Source: Vicugna vicugna (Eukaryota). Taken from it: a DNA stretch of 64,000 nt. The notes under the pieces are model-generated. The model was given only the letters and a program-made list of their open reading frames with translations, had not been told where the DNA came from and did no database searches. The translations under genes and the position numbers were made by a program. Of this stretch, positions 36,615 to 51,197 are shown in pieces. Position 1 is the stretch's first letter. Each line of letters starts with the position of its first letter. The stretch covers positions 1,010,584-1,074,583 of the forward strand of contig MU058451.1 in NCBI GenBank assembly GCA_013265495.1, written 5' to 3'.

Positions 36615-39568
36615 AAATCATTGGATGGTCAGTAACTGAGAACTAGTAACCTTACCTGCTATTCTCTTGGAGTTATCATATAACTCCAGAAATAAACAGA
36701 AATATGTTTAAAAAATAAAGAACTATATATATGAGTTATATTTTACAATAAAAATGTAAAATGTGAACACATGGATGAAGACATCAGAGACTTTTACTAT
36801 TAATACTTAAAAATTTGAGGACCAGTGAGGTGATGCATTTTATAGTCATTGGGTTGTTCTCTCTATTCCTCATCAACTTTTAGGATATTTGAATTCTTTC
36901 TTGCATCTTGAAATCAGACTTGTGATCATAATTTGAAATGGTTAAGGGAATTTGATTAATTAAATGGGGTTAATGTTTCAAGAAGATACAATTGGTTAAA
37001 CTTATGAGTTAATTAAACAAATAAATGGAAGTAATTTCTCTCATTTTTGTGACAAATAACCAGATTCATGAGTAAAATGAGTTCTGTAGGTTGACTTGTT
37101 AAGCTCTGGGCTAAACAACTATCTATTAAAACACAAATGAATACGTGAATTCCTTTCTATACACAAAAGTCGTCTTCAGGCGTGAAAATCCATCCCATTA
37201 TGGCTGAGAGAAGGCAGCCAAGAATTCCTGGGTCTCCCGTAGGGACATGAAAGTGCTGAGAAATCTGACGAACTAAGTAGAGTCCTTTTGTGAAAATGAG
37301 GAGGCCACAAATGGGTCACCTGAGCCTGGAGGACACTATGGGGACCAAGGGCTTGAAGAGTAGGGACCAGCATGGTGCTGGACAGGACCACACAGGACCA
37401 ACCACACCTGTGCCCACTACCAGGGTTCACAGCCTTCCAGCAAGATGAGGACACCTCCATGAGGGCCACAGGTGACACCCAGCATAGCACGTGTACCACA
37501 GATGCAACAGTGACACCCACCCCAAGGCCAGGATGGGACATGAATGAATCCCCTGGGCACTTAGATCACCGCAGGGAGAAGGGTGAGCAGAGGAGTTCCA
37601 GAGAATCCAGAACTATCAGGGATTATTACATCCTGAAGGGACCCTGGAATAGACATGTTTAAGGATTTTTGTTGTCGTTACTGTTGTAACGGGTATTAGT
37701 TTTTATTTTGCTGCTGTGTGCTTGGAAGCAGGATGCAATCAGTTGTGGGAAATAAAATGAACTTTGATTTCACATCTGAGTCCTGCATAAAGTGTAATAA
37801 AGAGCACACTGCCCTAACAGATGACATCTTCTAAGCTCCCAACCCAAGCTACCCCACGTCAGGGTGCCCACAGTTCCACAGTCTCCTTATAAAATACAAA
37901 TCTCATCATAACTCTGATTGAAAAAGGCTTCATCAATTTTTAAGTTGAAGTTCAAACTCATTATCACAGGGGCCCTGGGTGAACCAGCACAAGCCTCCTT
38001 CCACAGCCTAAGCCGTAACCCTGCTTCCTTCTGGCCATTCTGAGACAGGAGTAGGTCTCAAACCTGACCTGTGGGTTCCTGTGCCTGGAATTTCCAGTCC
38101 CTATCAGAGTTCGGGTCAGCATTACCCTGGCCATGCTTCCCTCATATTCTATCCCTCAGTAGTATAAACACCTAGCTTCTCCATAAACACCTGGAATGAA
38201 ATTTGTATCAAAGGAAAACCATATTCTTAGCCCCCAACCTGCTTTCCCTATTTCTCTCTTGTATTTGGGCACACAACCAGTAACCTAAGCTGGAAACGTC
38301 AAGGCTTGCTTTCACTCTTCCTTCTTCACATCCAAATCCAGTATCGGGTCCAGCCGGTGCCACCTCTCCACATCCTGCACTCAGTCTCCACGCATGCTGC
38401 CCTATTTCCACTGCCCAGATCAGGCAGCTCCAGCTGGTCCACTGCCTCCAGCCTCCTCTTCAATCCACACTGCAGCTAGCATCGACTTCAGACACTGGGA
38501 TTCTGATGATTTCACTGCAGTGCTTAAAATCCTTTAACAGCTGACAATGCTCCATCATCAGAGATTAAGACTGAATCCATAAAACAGCTGTGAGGCTCTC
38601 CATAGTCTAGACACTGTCCACCTTTCCAGTTTGGCCCCCAGGACAACCTGGTGCCCTTTCTGCTCTAGCCCTAAACCAGCCCGTAGTTTCCGGAGACACA
38701 CGTGCTCTTCCTCAAGATGCCTTTACTCATATTGTCCCCACCATTTGGAATATCCTTGAAAACTTCAGTTAGATACCAATTAAAAGAAAGCAAATTAGGC
38801 CCCTGGTGTTCGTTCAGGTAAGTTTCAACAGGAACACAAACAGAAGGAAAGAGTCTTCTGCACTTCCTGTCTCTGCATTAACTCCCCACCCCGCCTTGAG
38901 CCCAGCCTACAGGCGTGCTCGAGTCTCCTCCACGCCCATGTGAGATGAAACTTCCCGTAACTTCTTTATACTCGCCTGGATTGGGTACATGAGAACATCA
39001 GGAAACTGGGAGAGAAAGAGCAAAGAGCAGACCATTACCAGAGGCCAGGTCGAAGCCTGGGGCAAAGCACACACACACAATGACTGAGGAGCAAGTGATT
39101 GGGCAAAGTTGTAGTCTTCCCAAAGGCAGTGAAAAATTAGAATTCACTTTTACCAGGGCTAAGGTAAACATCTTTTATTACATTTATCCTTATGGTATTA
39201 TCTCTAAAGTCAGGGTTCTACAGATGTGAGTACCAATCCTGCAGAGGCACATTAGGACTTTCGTTCTCAAATTACTTTGAAGATATTCCCCCTCCTAGTC
39301 CTCTAAGAGGGGTCTAAGATACTCCAACATACTACCCCCCACCCTAAGACACTTCTGCACATACACATTGCCCCCCATCCCATCATTTATAATTGTCTCC
39401 CTCCATGTGTCATTTGGGATTTACCGGTATTTTAGTTAACAGGATGATTCTAGGCTCTTATAATTTAAAAAACACTGCATACACAACATGGGCACAGATC
39501 CAGAGTAATGTCTTTAAAGCCTGGGGCACTTTAAAATTTGTTTTACATCAAGCTAATCATGTTATGAA

Positions 39569-39662
39569 TCTGCATTTTCATTATACATCACAACCATCCT
39601 TATTTTTACTAATGACATACAAGATGAGAAGAAACAGGACGCATATGGTAAGGCTACCGTCT
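39569..39662 (+). repeat. Left arm of 94-bp inverted repeat
   Basis: 84/94 identical, ungapped, to the reverse complement of 40656-40749 (aligned by hand). Confidence 0.95.
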
Positions 39663-40655
39663 GATCTCCCATTTGTTAGAGTAAGACTAGACATTTTAGT
39701 AGAACCGCAGATGAATTACATAATATTTATGAAGGGATCTTATAATAAAAATGAAGAAATCAAAACCAGATGAAAGTAGATAAAAGCTTTATTTTCATAA
39801 TTAAAATTATATTATACTAAACTGAAGTAATACTTATACACTGGTAACAAATTACTATGTACAATATCGTATTACTTTGCATTACAAGTTGTTAAAATAT
39901 ACACAAATCTGTGACTTTAAAAATATCTCAGTGTTCCCTACCTTAACAGACATAAATTAAGTTAAAAAGATCAAGCACCCCAACTGTTGTCCAAATGGTT
40001 AACAGTATATTAGACGTAAAGTATCCACCTTACTCAGAACATTAAATTTAATTTTAGATTCAGTTCACATGTGTTTCAGCACACAGTATTATTTTATACT
40101 ACAAAGATTTCCTTCCAATTTTTTTAAAGTTGTAGTTTATCTCCTTAAAAGGTATGCATTAATAGGAAACAGATAAGCCATGTTTATGTTTTCCAGGGCC
40201 TGGCATTTTCTCATAGTCTAGTAAAGGATATGTATGCTTGTTTCTTAAATCACTGCACAAAATAAAGCCGAGTTGGTGATAAACCAAGGAATCTCCCCAG
40301 CACGGACAGTCAAACTAGATAAATGTAGACAAAAATTGGCTCTGATTGCTCACGAAGTCAGACGGTGTACCTCCAAGTTCACTCAATTATAGACTTCTAC
40401 GATTTGGTGACCTACACTTTCTAAATACAGCAATTTCATGCTTCAATCTGTTATTCAGTCTGAATAAACTGACGGCTCATAGCATGTAATTTCTAGGCTC
40501 TTACGAAAATTCTACAATGAAGGAATCATTTCAATTCTTAGTGTGATAACAGTAGAAAATTTGCATTGGTCCACATTTTGGAAGAATGATATAACTAAAT
40601 GGATGCGGCATGTCAGACCAGCAGGAATAAGAAACATAACTTAAAAAACATTCTA

Positions 40656-40749
40656 AGACAATGGCCTTAGCATATGCATTCTGTTTCTTCTCATCTTGTA
40701 TGTCATTAGTAAATATAAGGATGGTTGTGACATATAATGAAGATGCAGA
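40656..40749 (-). repeat. Right arm of 94-bp inverted repeat
   Basis: The reverse complement matches 39569-39662, including a 33-bp perfect core tttactaatgacatacaagatgagaagaaacag. Confidence 0.95.
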
Positions 40750-40919
40750 CTAGAATTTTATGACAATGTTGTGGGGAGGCGCACCTTTGCTTAAGTTACT
40801 TTTCTTCCATGGGGTAGTTAAATTAATATAATGATATCCATAGATATGCTGTCTTCTAAGATTATCTTTTTTTATACCAATTTTTAAAAGATTACCTCAT
40901 TTAAAAAATGTCAATTAAA

Positions 40920-41600
40920 ATGACTTAACATTTCATTCTCAGCTCAACCAAAACTATAAATTCTGACCAGTCCAAATGTTGGTGAAGTTGGAGCAACAGG
41001 AATTCTTATCCACTACTGTCAGGAACATAAAAAGGTCCATCACTTTTGTTAAATGTAAAGAAGCCCTCTCACCCAGCAATTTCATTTTTAGGCACATTTC
41101 CTAGAGAAACTCCTATATGTGAGCACAAAGGAAAACAAACGAAACATCCACCACAACATTGTTCCAAATAGTTAAATATTTTTTTTAATATTTTTTTAAT
41201 ATATGTGTGTGTGTGTATATATTTGAAGCAATAAAGCAAGTTTAAGGATAAGAATAGATAATAGGCTACTTTTTATCTAAGTTTTAAAACAATAATATGA
41301 ATTGGTATAGACACAGGTTGGTAGTAAAAGTAGACGGACTTGAGTGGGGATGATGATCACCAAATTCAGGACAGCAATCCCCTCTAGGAAGAAAGGAAGG
41401 TGAGAGAAAAATGAAGAAAATGAACCATGGGACTCAACCTGAACCTTCTTTAATATTTCATATCTTGAAAAAAGAGAAAAAGACATTTGAACAAGACAAG
41501 GCAAAAATGTTACATTTTGGCAATCTGGATAGATGTATGCAGGTATTAATTATAGTATTATTTCTAATTCTCTGTATGTGTAAAGTATTTCCATTTTTAA
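40920..41600 (+). mobile_element. Old L1ME-type 3' fragment
   Basis: ccaaatgttggtgaagttggagcaacaggaattcttatccactactg...cccagcaatttcatttttaggcacatttcctagagaaactc. Confidence 0.7.
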
Positions 41601-43759
41601 GAGCAAAACCATTACCTCCTCACTGCAATAAATATTACCAGAACATTTGTTACTATGTTTACATTACTTTCGAAAATTCACTGCATCTCAGAGAGAGCAA
41701 CTATAAAGTTAAGTGTTTTCCACGTTCATAATCTTCTCTAGATTTTTAAGAGGGAATCCAATTTCCCAGCCTCACTAAGGGATGAGCTTAGACCTCTGAT
41801 GATACACTATCTGATAAGGTAGTTGATTGTTTTCCTGTTGTTTACATTATTAGCCTGCATACATTTTAAATTGGTGTGTCTGTTCCACCTTGAGCATTTT
41901 TAGGAAGGTTTATTTCAAGGGCTCAACTTCTTTGTGCAGATTTCTTCTTTTTGAAGCATTGTAAGATCCAGGATAGGGACGACTTACCCCTCCCCAGGTC
42001 CCACTGCCCATTCACAGTGGGGCTTTTCATCCTTTAGGACTCGCCCCTGGTGGGACATACCCTGGTTTGCCTTTTCTAATCAACTGAGTGAGGTCAGGTT
42101 GGGGTCCCTCCCTGGGATTTCTTTTGTTCCTACAAATATGTGGACTGGGGAACAGATCACTCTGCTGTCTGGCAGATATCACCTCCTTTCCTGGAATAGA
42201 AGCTTCCTGAAAGCAGCAACTGTGTTCTGCTTTTATCTTTTCAAGATCTTAGTGCAGTCATATATTTCCTTGGTAAGTGTTTGCTGAATGAATAAATGAA
42301 TGAAAGAAGCCGTAAAAACGCCAATATCAAAACTTTTCTCCATCAATATTATTCTTTGGCTGGTGCTTTTGTGTCTTAGAAAGGAAAGGCAAACTCAGCA
42401 TTGACTCCTGCTCTTAGGAGATGGCAGCGCTCCCGGAGAAGAAAATGCAACTTACTCTTGAATTCAAGTTTGGAGCATGAAGGCAGATGGTCTGCAGTGC
42501 CTTGACCTGATAATAGTTCTCAGAAGGGCACAGTCACCAATACAGTTATTTTTAAGTAAATACTAAATACTTCTATGCCAAATTGTGGAGAGTAGACCCT
42601 CAGAGATTTAGGACTATTCAAGTACGATCTAAAAGATTTCTCTAACGGATGCGTAGTTATTGAGGAATGAAGCTGATGGCTTTCAAGACATTATGTTAGC
42701 TCTTATTTTCTAATAAAGAAGTAAATTCAGAATTATTATTTAATTAAAATGAATGACTAGAAACATATTCTGGAGCAGCCAGGCAGCAATCATCAAGTGG
42801 ATGAGCCCAGGCCTTAATATGACCTCAATATGATGGGCCATCGTCTAACCATAAGAGGTCAATCTCGTGCTCGCCATCACGGGAGACGGGAATTGGGAGA
42901 GATGTAGGTACAGAGGGAGAGAAAAATCAAGAAGAGGAGCACCAAAAACATTCTCCCTGTTACATTAGCTACTGATTATATAGCAAAATCTTGAGTTTAT
43001 ATAGGCTTTATTTTATTCGTAAAGCACTTTGCTTCCTTAATCTCACTGAAGGCCACAACCATCCTGAGATTAGAAAGGTCAGGTAGCATACTGATCACGT
43101 AGTGCACAGTGATCCTGTGGAGCCCTACAGATGAGAAAGTGGAGGCTGAGGGAGGCTGAGGACAAAGACAGAGGGCAGAAGTGACACTTAACCCCCCCCA
43201 TTTTTTTTACTTTTAATCCAATCTCTTTTCAAAATGTGACCCTGTCATTTCTTCCTCAGTTAATTTTCCTCCACTTAAAAAAATAATGCTTCTAAGTGAA
43301 TATAATTGAAGTGGAATTTAGAAAAATTTGAAACTCTTCTATAATTGAATCATATCTATCTGGGTTCTACCTAGCTGTACATTTTATTTCTGATTGCATA
43401 AATATTCATAGAGAAACACCTAAGAGTAGACTATTCAAGGCACTGAGTGGTGTGGTTCTTATTAACATTAATAAAGATCAGGTGGGTACATTCCCATTTA
43501 ATGCTTTGAAAAATGTGTCCCCGACTTTTTACCACTGAGGTAGCTAGAAAACACACTCCTCCTTGTTTTGGTTTTGTAGTAAAAAATATACTCAACTGAA
43601 TTACTCTCACACCACTTAGAAAGATGTTTCTGTTTTCCAATAATGCTAATTCTCTGAATTAGGTCAAATTATTCAGTCACACTTCTTTAGTTTCTTTAAT
43701 TTTACCACTTCCTGAATCTCTGAGCCTCACAAATCTTAAACTCATGCGTCTGAGATTAG

Positions 43760-44115
43760 CAGTGTCTCCAAAACCAGGGTCCACACTGATGAGGTAGTTG
43801 GCAGACGGCAACACCTTCAGGAACCAGGATGTGCGAAAAAAAATGGGGAAGGGGGCAGGGCACAGTGCGGTGCAAGCTCTCATGAATCTGAGCTGGTCAC
43901 TTGCTGTTCAGCACAAGTGGGTTGTTGTCATATAGGAATGTAGATTACTGTTACTGTATCTTCCAAGTTTTTGAGAGAAGCCAGAAATCTGTGTTTTTTC
44001 CACAAGAAACTTTCTAATCTTTAAATATTATCATAAAAATATTTTTTTTAAACAGTGTACGGCCAACATTACCTAGAGCAAACAGCATTTGTGGGCCTTC
44101 AATGCACAATCGCTG
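43760..44115. mobile_element. hAT-Charlie non-autonomous DNA transposon remnant (MER102-like)
   Basis: tttttgagagaagccagaaatctgtgttttt...tctaatctttaaat...aaacagtgtacggccaa...atttgtgggcc resembles the remembered consensus. Confidence 0.55.
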
Positions 44116-47100
44116 ACTCAGTTTTTTATTCCAACATGCAGAATGGTTGACCCAGAGTCAGATTTCAATAGGGAAGGTTTTAGTAGGGAAGACTGTTTTC
44201 TTCCATTGGTTATAATCTAATTCCTAGGCAAATTTCAGGGGAAAAATAGGATTATATAAGCATAATTAGAATGTTAGAGAGCTAAGGAATGACTATGGAC
44301 AAAGAAATGGCTTGCTCTTGTCAACATGAATGTTGATGAGAAGCCAAGAATAAGGAATTTTAAAAAGGAAGAGACCACCTACCTTTTGACAATCTGATAT
44401 AAGGAGTCAAAAAATAACTGTAAACAGAAATTTTCATTCTGCATCAAACTACTTAGTATTATCTTTTGACTAATGGCTTTGTGAAATGGTTCTAGACATG
44501 GATTTTATTGGGCGGAGTGGGGTTAGTTCAATTTTTGTCCATAAAAATCTTATGGTCCCTCTTGTGGGCCAAACTGCCAAGAGCTGAGAATACAGACGAA
44601 TGAGATATATTCCCTACCCTTGTAGAGCTCAATTATCTGCTAGGCAACCACAACACATGATGTGATAGATTTTTTGGAGGCTTCTAGGGAAATATAGGAA
44701 AAGATTAGGGTGCACAGAGGAAGCAGAATGTGAAAGTCAATGATGACTTACTACAGGTGATCATGGAACTAAACACTGAGGAATGGAAGTCACTGAGGTA
44801 AACGGGGAATGCCAAACAAAGCAGCATTTGCAAAGGAATAGAATGTGGTGTCTTTATCAGTGTACAAGCAGAAAAGCCATTGACAACATTTAAGAAAAAG
44901 AGGAGCTTTGCCATCTCTTTCAGATAGATAATCGTGGTAGGCTTTGTAAATGATAGAATCAAGAGAGACAAATATAAGCCAGAAATACACTAAAGAGACC
45001 CAGTTGAGGGATAAGGACTTAGACTAGAGAGAAAAAGACAGACGGCTTTTGAGAGAAAAGGGAGCGATCTGAAAAATATTGGGAAGATATTGTTGGAACT
45101 ACATGATTTATATGATGGTAGAGTTGAGGGGGAGCAATGCCAATGACTCACAAATTTTTGCCTTTGGGTCATAATGTAGATAGTGGTCATGTCCACTGCC
45201 ATACAAAGAGAGATCAAGAATAAAGAAAAGGAGCAGGTGTCAGAGAAGGTGATACTTTCAGCTTGGATGCTCTAAGTTAGAGATAACATGGGATATTTAA
45301 GTTGAGGTTTTCAGTTCTAAATCTTGAGTGCGCTGGAAATATACCCTTGAGAATTCTTAGAAACCAAGCGGTGGTTAAAGCATGAAAGCAGTGGAAAACA
45401 TTTAGGGTGAGTGGAGAACAAGGGCTGCACATAGACGCCAAGGGCAATGCCATATCTTAACATAGACAAAGGATCATCAGAGAAGTAGGAGAACTGATGG
45501 ACTATGTGACAAGGCTTCAAGAAGGGAATACAGTTATCGTACAGCTAGTACCTGTGAGGAACTGTGCTAAACCTGTACACACTGTCCATAACCCCCAAAG
45601 TTCATTATCAATATGTCGTACTCATCTTCCAGTCAAGAAAACTGAATTGGCCCAAAAGGTCACTCTGGAATGAAGGCACCTGTTATTCAAACCTAGTCCT
45701 GCCACATTTCAAAGACTGAACAATTTCTACTTCATCACGATGCCAGTGATCCTCAGGGTCATATAATAGAGGGGTCAAGTATGTTAAGGACTGAAAAGTG
45801 GCCAGGATTTGCAATAAGAAATCCACTGGTAATCACAGCTAGAAACTCGAAGCACCTGGAATGACTGGCAAGTTAGGAAATGGAGTCAGAAAATACGTAC
45901 AACTCTTGTAAAAAAAGCTTGGCTAAGATGACAGGAAAAAGAAAACAGAGAGAGATACGAGTTAGATAGTGAGGTGACCATAGTTATTCAGTTGTCTGTT
46001 CAGAATTTTACAAGGATTCACTATGATAATGGCTACTGTATAGTTTAATAGAGAGACAGATGGTTAAAGGACGTTTCTGGAACTATGACATTACTGATCA
46101 TCTCCAGCTAGCTTCAATCTCAGCTACTTAGGAATAGGAACTAGAGAGAATGACAATAAACTATCCAATCTTCTAATTAATGTCACATGAAACAAACAAA
46201 AATGCAGAGCTCCTATGACTCTCAGATGCTAAAGCTTCATCACATGTTTGGGAAGAGGAAGTGAGCAGGTCTTTCTTGGCACCGTAGCTCAGATCAGAGG
46301 AAGTCTATTTTAATAACCAAGAGAATGATAGTCAAAATCATCTTGGAAATGAATGGAATTATATGTCAAGTCTTAAAGCAGATTGGTCTTGGTTATCAAA
46401 CGTCAATTCTGGCAACTTCACAGCATCCAGTTAGTTCCTGGAGATTTGGGAAGCCAGCCAGTTCTTACACACAAGTCCTTCTGTAGACTAAAAGACGTAG
46501 AGAGTTCCTATTCTGGGTGCCCCCCACCCCTCCACACCAGGATGCTGGCCAATCTGGTACACCTCAGAACTTTGCCAAGACAATTAAGCAGCAAAAACAA
46601 CAACAACCAACAACCAAAAATAAAAAAAAAAAGAAAAGGAAGAGAAAAACTAAGTTTCTCCTGCCTCCCCTGCCCTTTTTTTACAGGGAAAATGCATTTC
46701 TGTCAGGAAACTCTCATGATCTTTTTATTCTCCTTAATAGGATTTATAATTCGATATATAAGACTTACTTGTTTATCTCCTTCTTTGCTTATTTGAATCT
46801 ATTATAAATACTTTTGAATATAGCAAACTATATTGTTAAATCTCTGCTTTAGAGAAAACCGTTAGGATATGTGTTCTCTCTTTTATTAATTATTAACAAC
46901 AACAATAAAAAAAAAGCTCCACATTATGCAGGTTAAGTAAGACCTGAAATGCATCAGAAATCCCGTCTAATGAGATGTATTAAACGCACTGCATAAAACC
47001 ACGAGCACTTGGCAAGATTTTCAGAAAGTGATTTGGCAAAGCAGATTCTGTATTACTTAAACAGCTCTTGTCAAAGAGGGTCAATATAGAAATTTCATGT

Positions 47101-47129
47101 TTTCTTACTGGGTTTGGCTTTCCCCCTCC

Positions 47130-48350
47130 ATCTTCACTGAAGTATAATTGACCATTTTTTAAAATATATTTAAGGCGTATGACTTGATGTCTTGATATAC
47201 TTATGCACTGTGAAATAATCACCATAATCAAGATAATGAAGATATCTATCATTTCACATAGTTACCATTTTCCTTCTTTTTTGTGTGTGTGTGGCGGGGT
47301 GAAAACACCTAAGATCTCCCTCTTAGCAAATTTCAAGTACTCCATATAGTCAGTATGGTTAATGGTAGTCACATTGCTGTACATTAGATCTCCAGAAATT
47401 ATTCCTCTTCAATGACTGAAACTGAATTTATAAATGAACAATGAATTTAGGATTGTTTTTTTCTATTTTTGTAAAGAATGCCATTGGGATTTTGATAGGA
47501 GTTTCACTGAATCTTTAGATCACATTGAGTAGTAGGGACATTTTAAACATATTAATTCTAATCCATGAACATGGGATGCCTTTCCATTTATCTGTGTCTT
47601 CTTTAATTTCCTTCATCAATATTTTATAATCTTCAGCATACAAATTTTTTACTTCTTTGGTATAGTTTACTTTTAAGTAGTTTATTCTTTTTGTTGCTAT
47701 TGTGAATGGATTGCTTTCTTAATTTCCTTTTTGGATAGCTTGTTGCTTAGGTATAGAAATGCAACTGATTTTTGCATGTTGGTTTTGTATCTTTCAACTT
47801 AACTGAGTTTATTAGTTGTAACAGCTTTTGGTGGAGTCCTTAGGGTTTTCTACATATAATATCATGTTATCTACAAACAGATGCCATGGATTGTTCATTT
47901 GAGATCTTACTTTTTTTTTAACGTAGATATTTATCACTATAAACTTTAAACTTTCTTATCAGTACTGCTTTTCTGCTTTTGCTGCATCCCACAACTTTTG
48001 GCATACTGTGTTCTTGTTTTGTTTTGAGGTACTTTAAAAATTACCTTTTAATATCCTCTTTGATCCAATGGTTATTTAAGAGTGTGTCATTTGGTTTCCA
48101 TGTATTTGTGAATTTTCCTTTTTTTTTTCACTGTTTTTAATTTCTAGTTTCATTCCACTGTGATCAGAAAAGATACTTGGAATAAATTTGATGTTATTAA
48201 ATTTGTTAAGAGTTGTTTTGTAATCTAACATGTGATCTATCCTGAAGAATGTTCTGCATGTGCTTGAGAAGAATGTGTAGACCCCTGCTGTTAGGTGGAG
48301 AGGTCTGTATATATGTGTTAGGTCCATTTGTTCTATAGTGTTGTTCAAAT
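47130..48350 (-). mobile_element. L1 (L1MA-type 3' end plus discontinuous ORF2 pieces including the endonuclease region)
   Basis: 3' end: cactgtgaaataatcaccataatcaag. ORF 48076-48348 (QMDLTHIYRPLH...YTFFSS...TFFRIDHML...IPSIFSDHSGMKLEI) is L1 ORF2 endonuclease. Confidence 0.9.
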
Positions 48351-49139
48351 CAACAGTTGGCCTTAGCTTTTGAAGGTAGAAATTATCAACATTGTGAAAA
48401 AGTTTTCAAGCAAAAGACACTAACACCTGGGCAAAAAATGATTCTAAAAATATCTGATGATCCACGTATGAATGACAGATTAATGTTAAAATCTTTTTGA
48501 AACTGATTTTGGTAACAGTTGAATTGCTCTCTAGTCTTTGTAGAGTTTTTGTGCTGTCCACTAGAATTTTATACTGTAATGCGAATAGTTCAATTTGAAA
48601 TTTTGAGTATCTCTAGATCAATATTCAATTTTCTGGATTTCCCAATCCATCCCTCTGTTTAGTTAACATTATTTCATATACATCTTTTCCCTAGTCGATG
48701 TTTAATTTTTTTGTAGTATTACTGAATGTATAATATGAATACTGTTGCATTTACCTGATGCTTTTATATTTTGCATTTAGTGACACAGTCATAGCAGTTT
48801 TTCTCCTTTAAATTTTTGATGTAATGACATGTATCTTGATAGACTTCCTTATGTTAAACAAGTCTTAAATTCTTGGAATAAATTTGATTTGGTAATTTTT
48901 TAGTACACTACTAAATTTGACTTGCTAATCAAATTTCTTTAAAGATTTGGAAATCTTGTATTTACAAATGAAGTTGGTCAATTTGTCCTTTTTAAAGTTT
49001 ATGATTGAATTTTAATGTTAAGCTGTATTATAAAATGAACAGGAGAAATTATCTTTTTGTATAACGTGAAACAATTTAAAAATTATAGAAATTATTGTTT
49101 CTTTAAAGACAGCCACATAGTCTGGTACCTGTTCTCTTC

Positions 49140-50650
49140 AATTTTTTTCTGCACCAGTTTCTCTTACGTTTCCTTCTTAGACTCCAATGGCATGTACCAG
49201 ACCTTTTGAAATTGTCCCCTACATCTCTGAGGCTCTGTTAATTATTTTTTTCCAATTTCTTTTCTTCGTATTTTTCAGGTTGGATTATATTGATCTATTT
49301 CAAGTTCACTTCCTTCCTCTGTCATCTGCTATTGAGCCAGTACAGTAAAATTTTTATTTCAGGTATTGTATTTTTCAGCTTTAAAATTCCTATCCTTTTA
49401 AAGAATAGTTTCTGTGACATTGTTGACAACTTCTATGTTTCCATTGATTTTAACTGTCTTTACTCCATCTAGCATAGGTGTAAAAGCTTCTCTAAAATCT
49501 CCAGCTATTCCAATATCTCAATTTACAGTTGGCACTTATTGGTTGTCTTTTTCCTTGAGAAATAGTCACATTTCCCTTATTCTTTGTATGTCATGTAATT
49601 TTGAATTATATCTTGGACATTTTGATTACTATGTTGTGAAATTCTGGGTCCTGGGAAAATGATGATTTTTTTTTCATGTTGTTGTTTTAGGAGACAATGA
49701 ATTTGGTCAGTTTCAGACTGCAAGTTCTCTCTCATCTTTTGTGAATAGTGGTCCCAATATCAGTTTAGGTTTCAAAGCTTTTGCTATGCTGCTCTGGTAC
49801 CTACCCATGTGTGAGGCACTCGGGGCTAATCTGGGAACTGGACAGTGGTTTATAAATTAATGCAATTCTAAAACCCTTTGTTATGTTCTTTTTGGTCTGT
49901 TCCAAGCATGTAGAGCTCAGATGTAAGCCCAGAATGCTTACCAGTTCATACACAGAATTAGGGAGTCTCCTTTTCCAACCTTCTCCTTTCTGGGATCCCA
50001 CCAAACTACACCTCTCATGGGTCTCCTTTATCTACCCTCTGGCTGCAGCTGAAGCTCCTTGACTGGGGCCCGCCTATGGTCAAAGCAGAAAGATTAAAAT
50101 GAGAAAAAGAAAAACAACAGGGATTTTTATCCCACACTTCTCAGACTATAGGGGTCTGTTTTCCCAGTTCCTGTGGACAGGAAAACAGGGTTTCTCTGAG
50201 GTTTAGTGGTCTGTACCTTCTACCCCCACAGCTCCACAACTGGGGCTGCCATTAGGACATGGAGGGATGAAAAAAAAAAAAAAGAAAAAAATCCTGAAGA
50301 TTTTACCTCCACACTCTTTGGCTGGCATTGGTTCCTTTTCCTGGTTTTATGGCCAGGAAGATAAGGTTTTTCTCCATTCTTCCCTCCCAAATAAATCTCT
50401 GCAGCTACAAAATTAAGACTGGGGGAATCATCCTCAAATCAAAGCCATGAGAGAAAAGAGAAAAAAATGGGACTCACTCCTGTATAATTTGCTCCTTAAA
50501 TTTTGACCTTCTTTTCCAACCTTCCTGCTTTTTTTTTTTTTTACTTTTCAGAGTCCTGAGTGGCTGCTCTTTGCATTTTGTGCAGAGTTTCCATTGTAAT
50601 CAGTGAAAGAGAGAGGCTACAGTGAGCTTACTCCAGCTTGGTTGTCCTTG
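49140..50650 (-). mobile_element. Old L1M 5' UTR/ORF1 remnant
   Basis: gactccaatggcatgtaccagaccttttgaaattgtcccc...tctgaggctctgtt...tattgatctatttcaagttcact...catctgctattgagcca is a typical reverse ORF1 region. Confidence 0.7.
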
Positions 50651-51197
50651 GAAGTACGAATGCTTTTTAAAATACAGACCTCTATTTATCTCTCTAACCT
50701 GCTTTATGGTTTTTTGGTCTTTTCAGGGTTTTAGTTTCTTCTTGAGTCAATATTTTTAGTTCACATTTTGCTAGAAAATCATTCATTTCTCCTAAATTTT
50801 CAAATGTATTGCTATAGATTTACCAAAAAAAAAAAAAAAAAGCTTTCTTAAGTCTCTTTCTTTCATATATGTGGTTCTATCTCCTCATCATTCTGTGGCA
50901 TATCTTTGTTTAACTCCCTTTTCAAAAAATCAGGCATAGCAAAAAATTTCTCTATTTTATTAATCTTTTCAAAGAGCAGACTTCGGTTTCCTACTTTTTA
51001 TCTCCTTAACTTCAGTTGGTGTTAATTACTACCATCCCAGTATCCTCTATTTTGTTAGTTTCTCGTTACTGCAACTGCATAATTTATTTTCATACTTTTT
51101 TCAGAATGAAATCATTTAAAGCTATAAATTTCCCTCTGAAGCATATTAGCATATGCAAATTAGCAATATTGCGTGGGTTTTCCTCTGAATCATTCCT

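Noticed and set aside
36650..36700. Possible upstream EYA1 exon ending at CAG|GTAAGG (minus strand, ~36656)
   Set aside because: It is a donor-like motif only, with no convincing acceptor or recognisable coding signal. Such motifs are common by chance.
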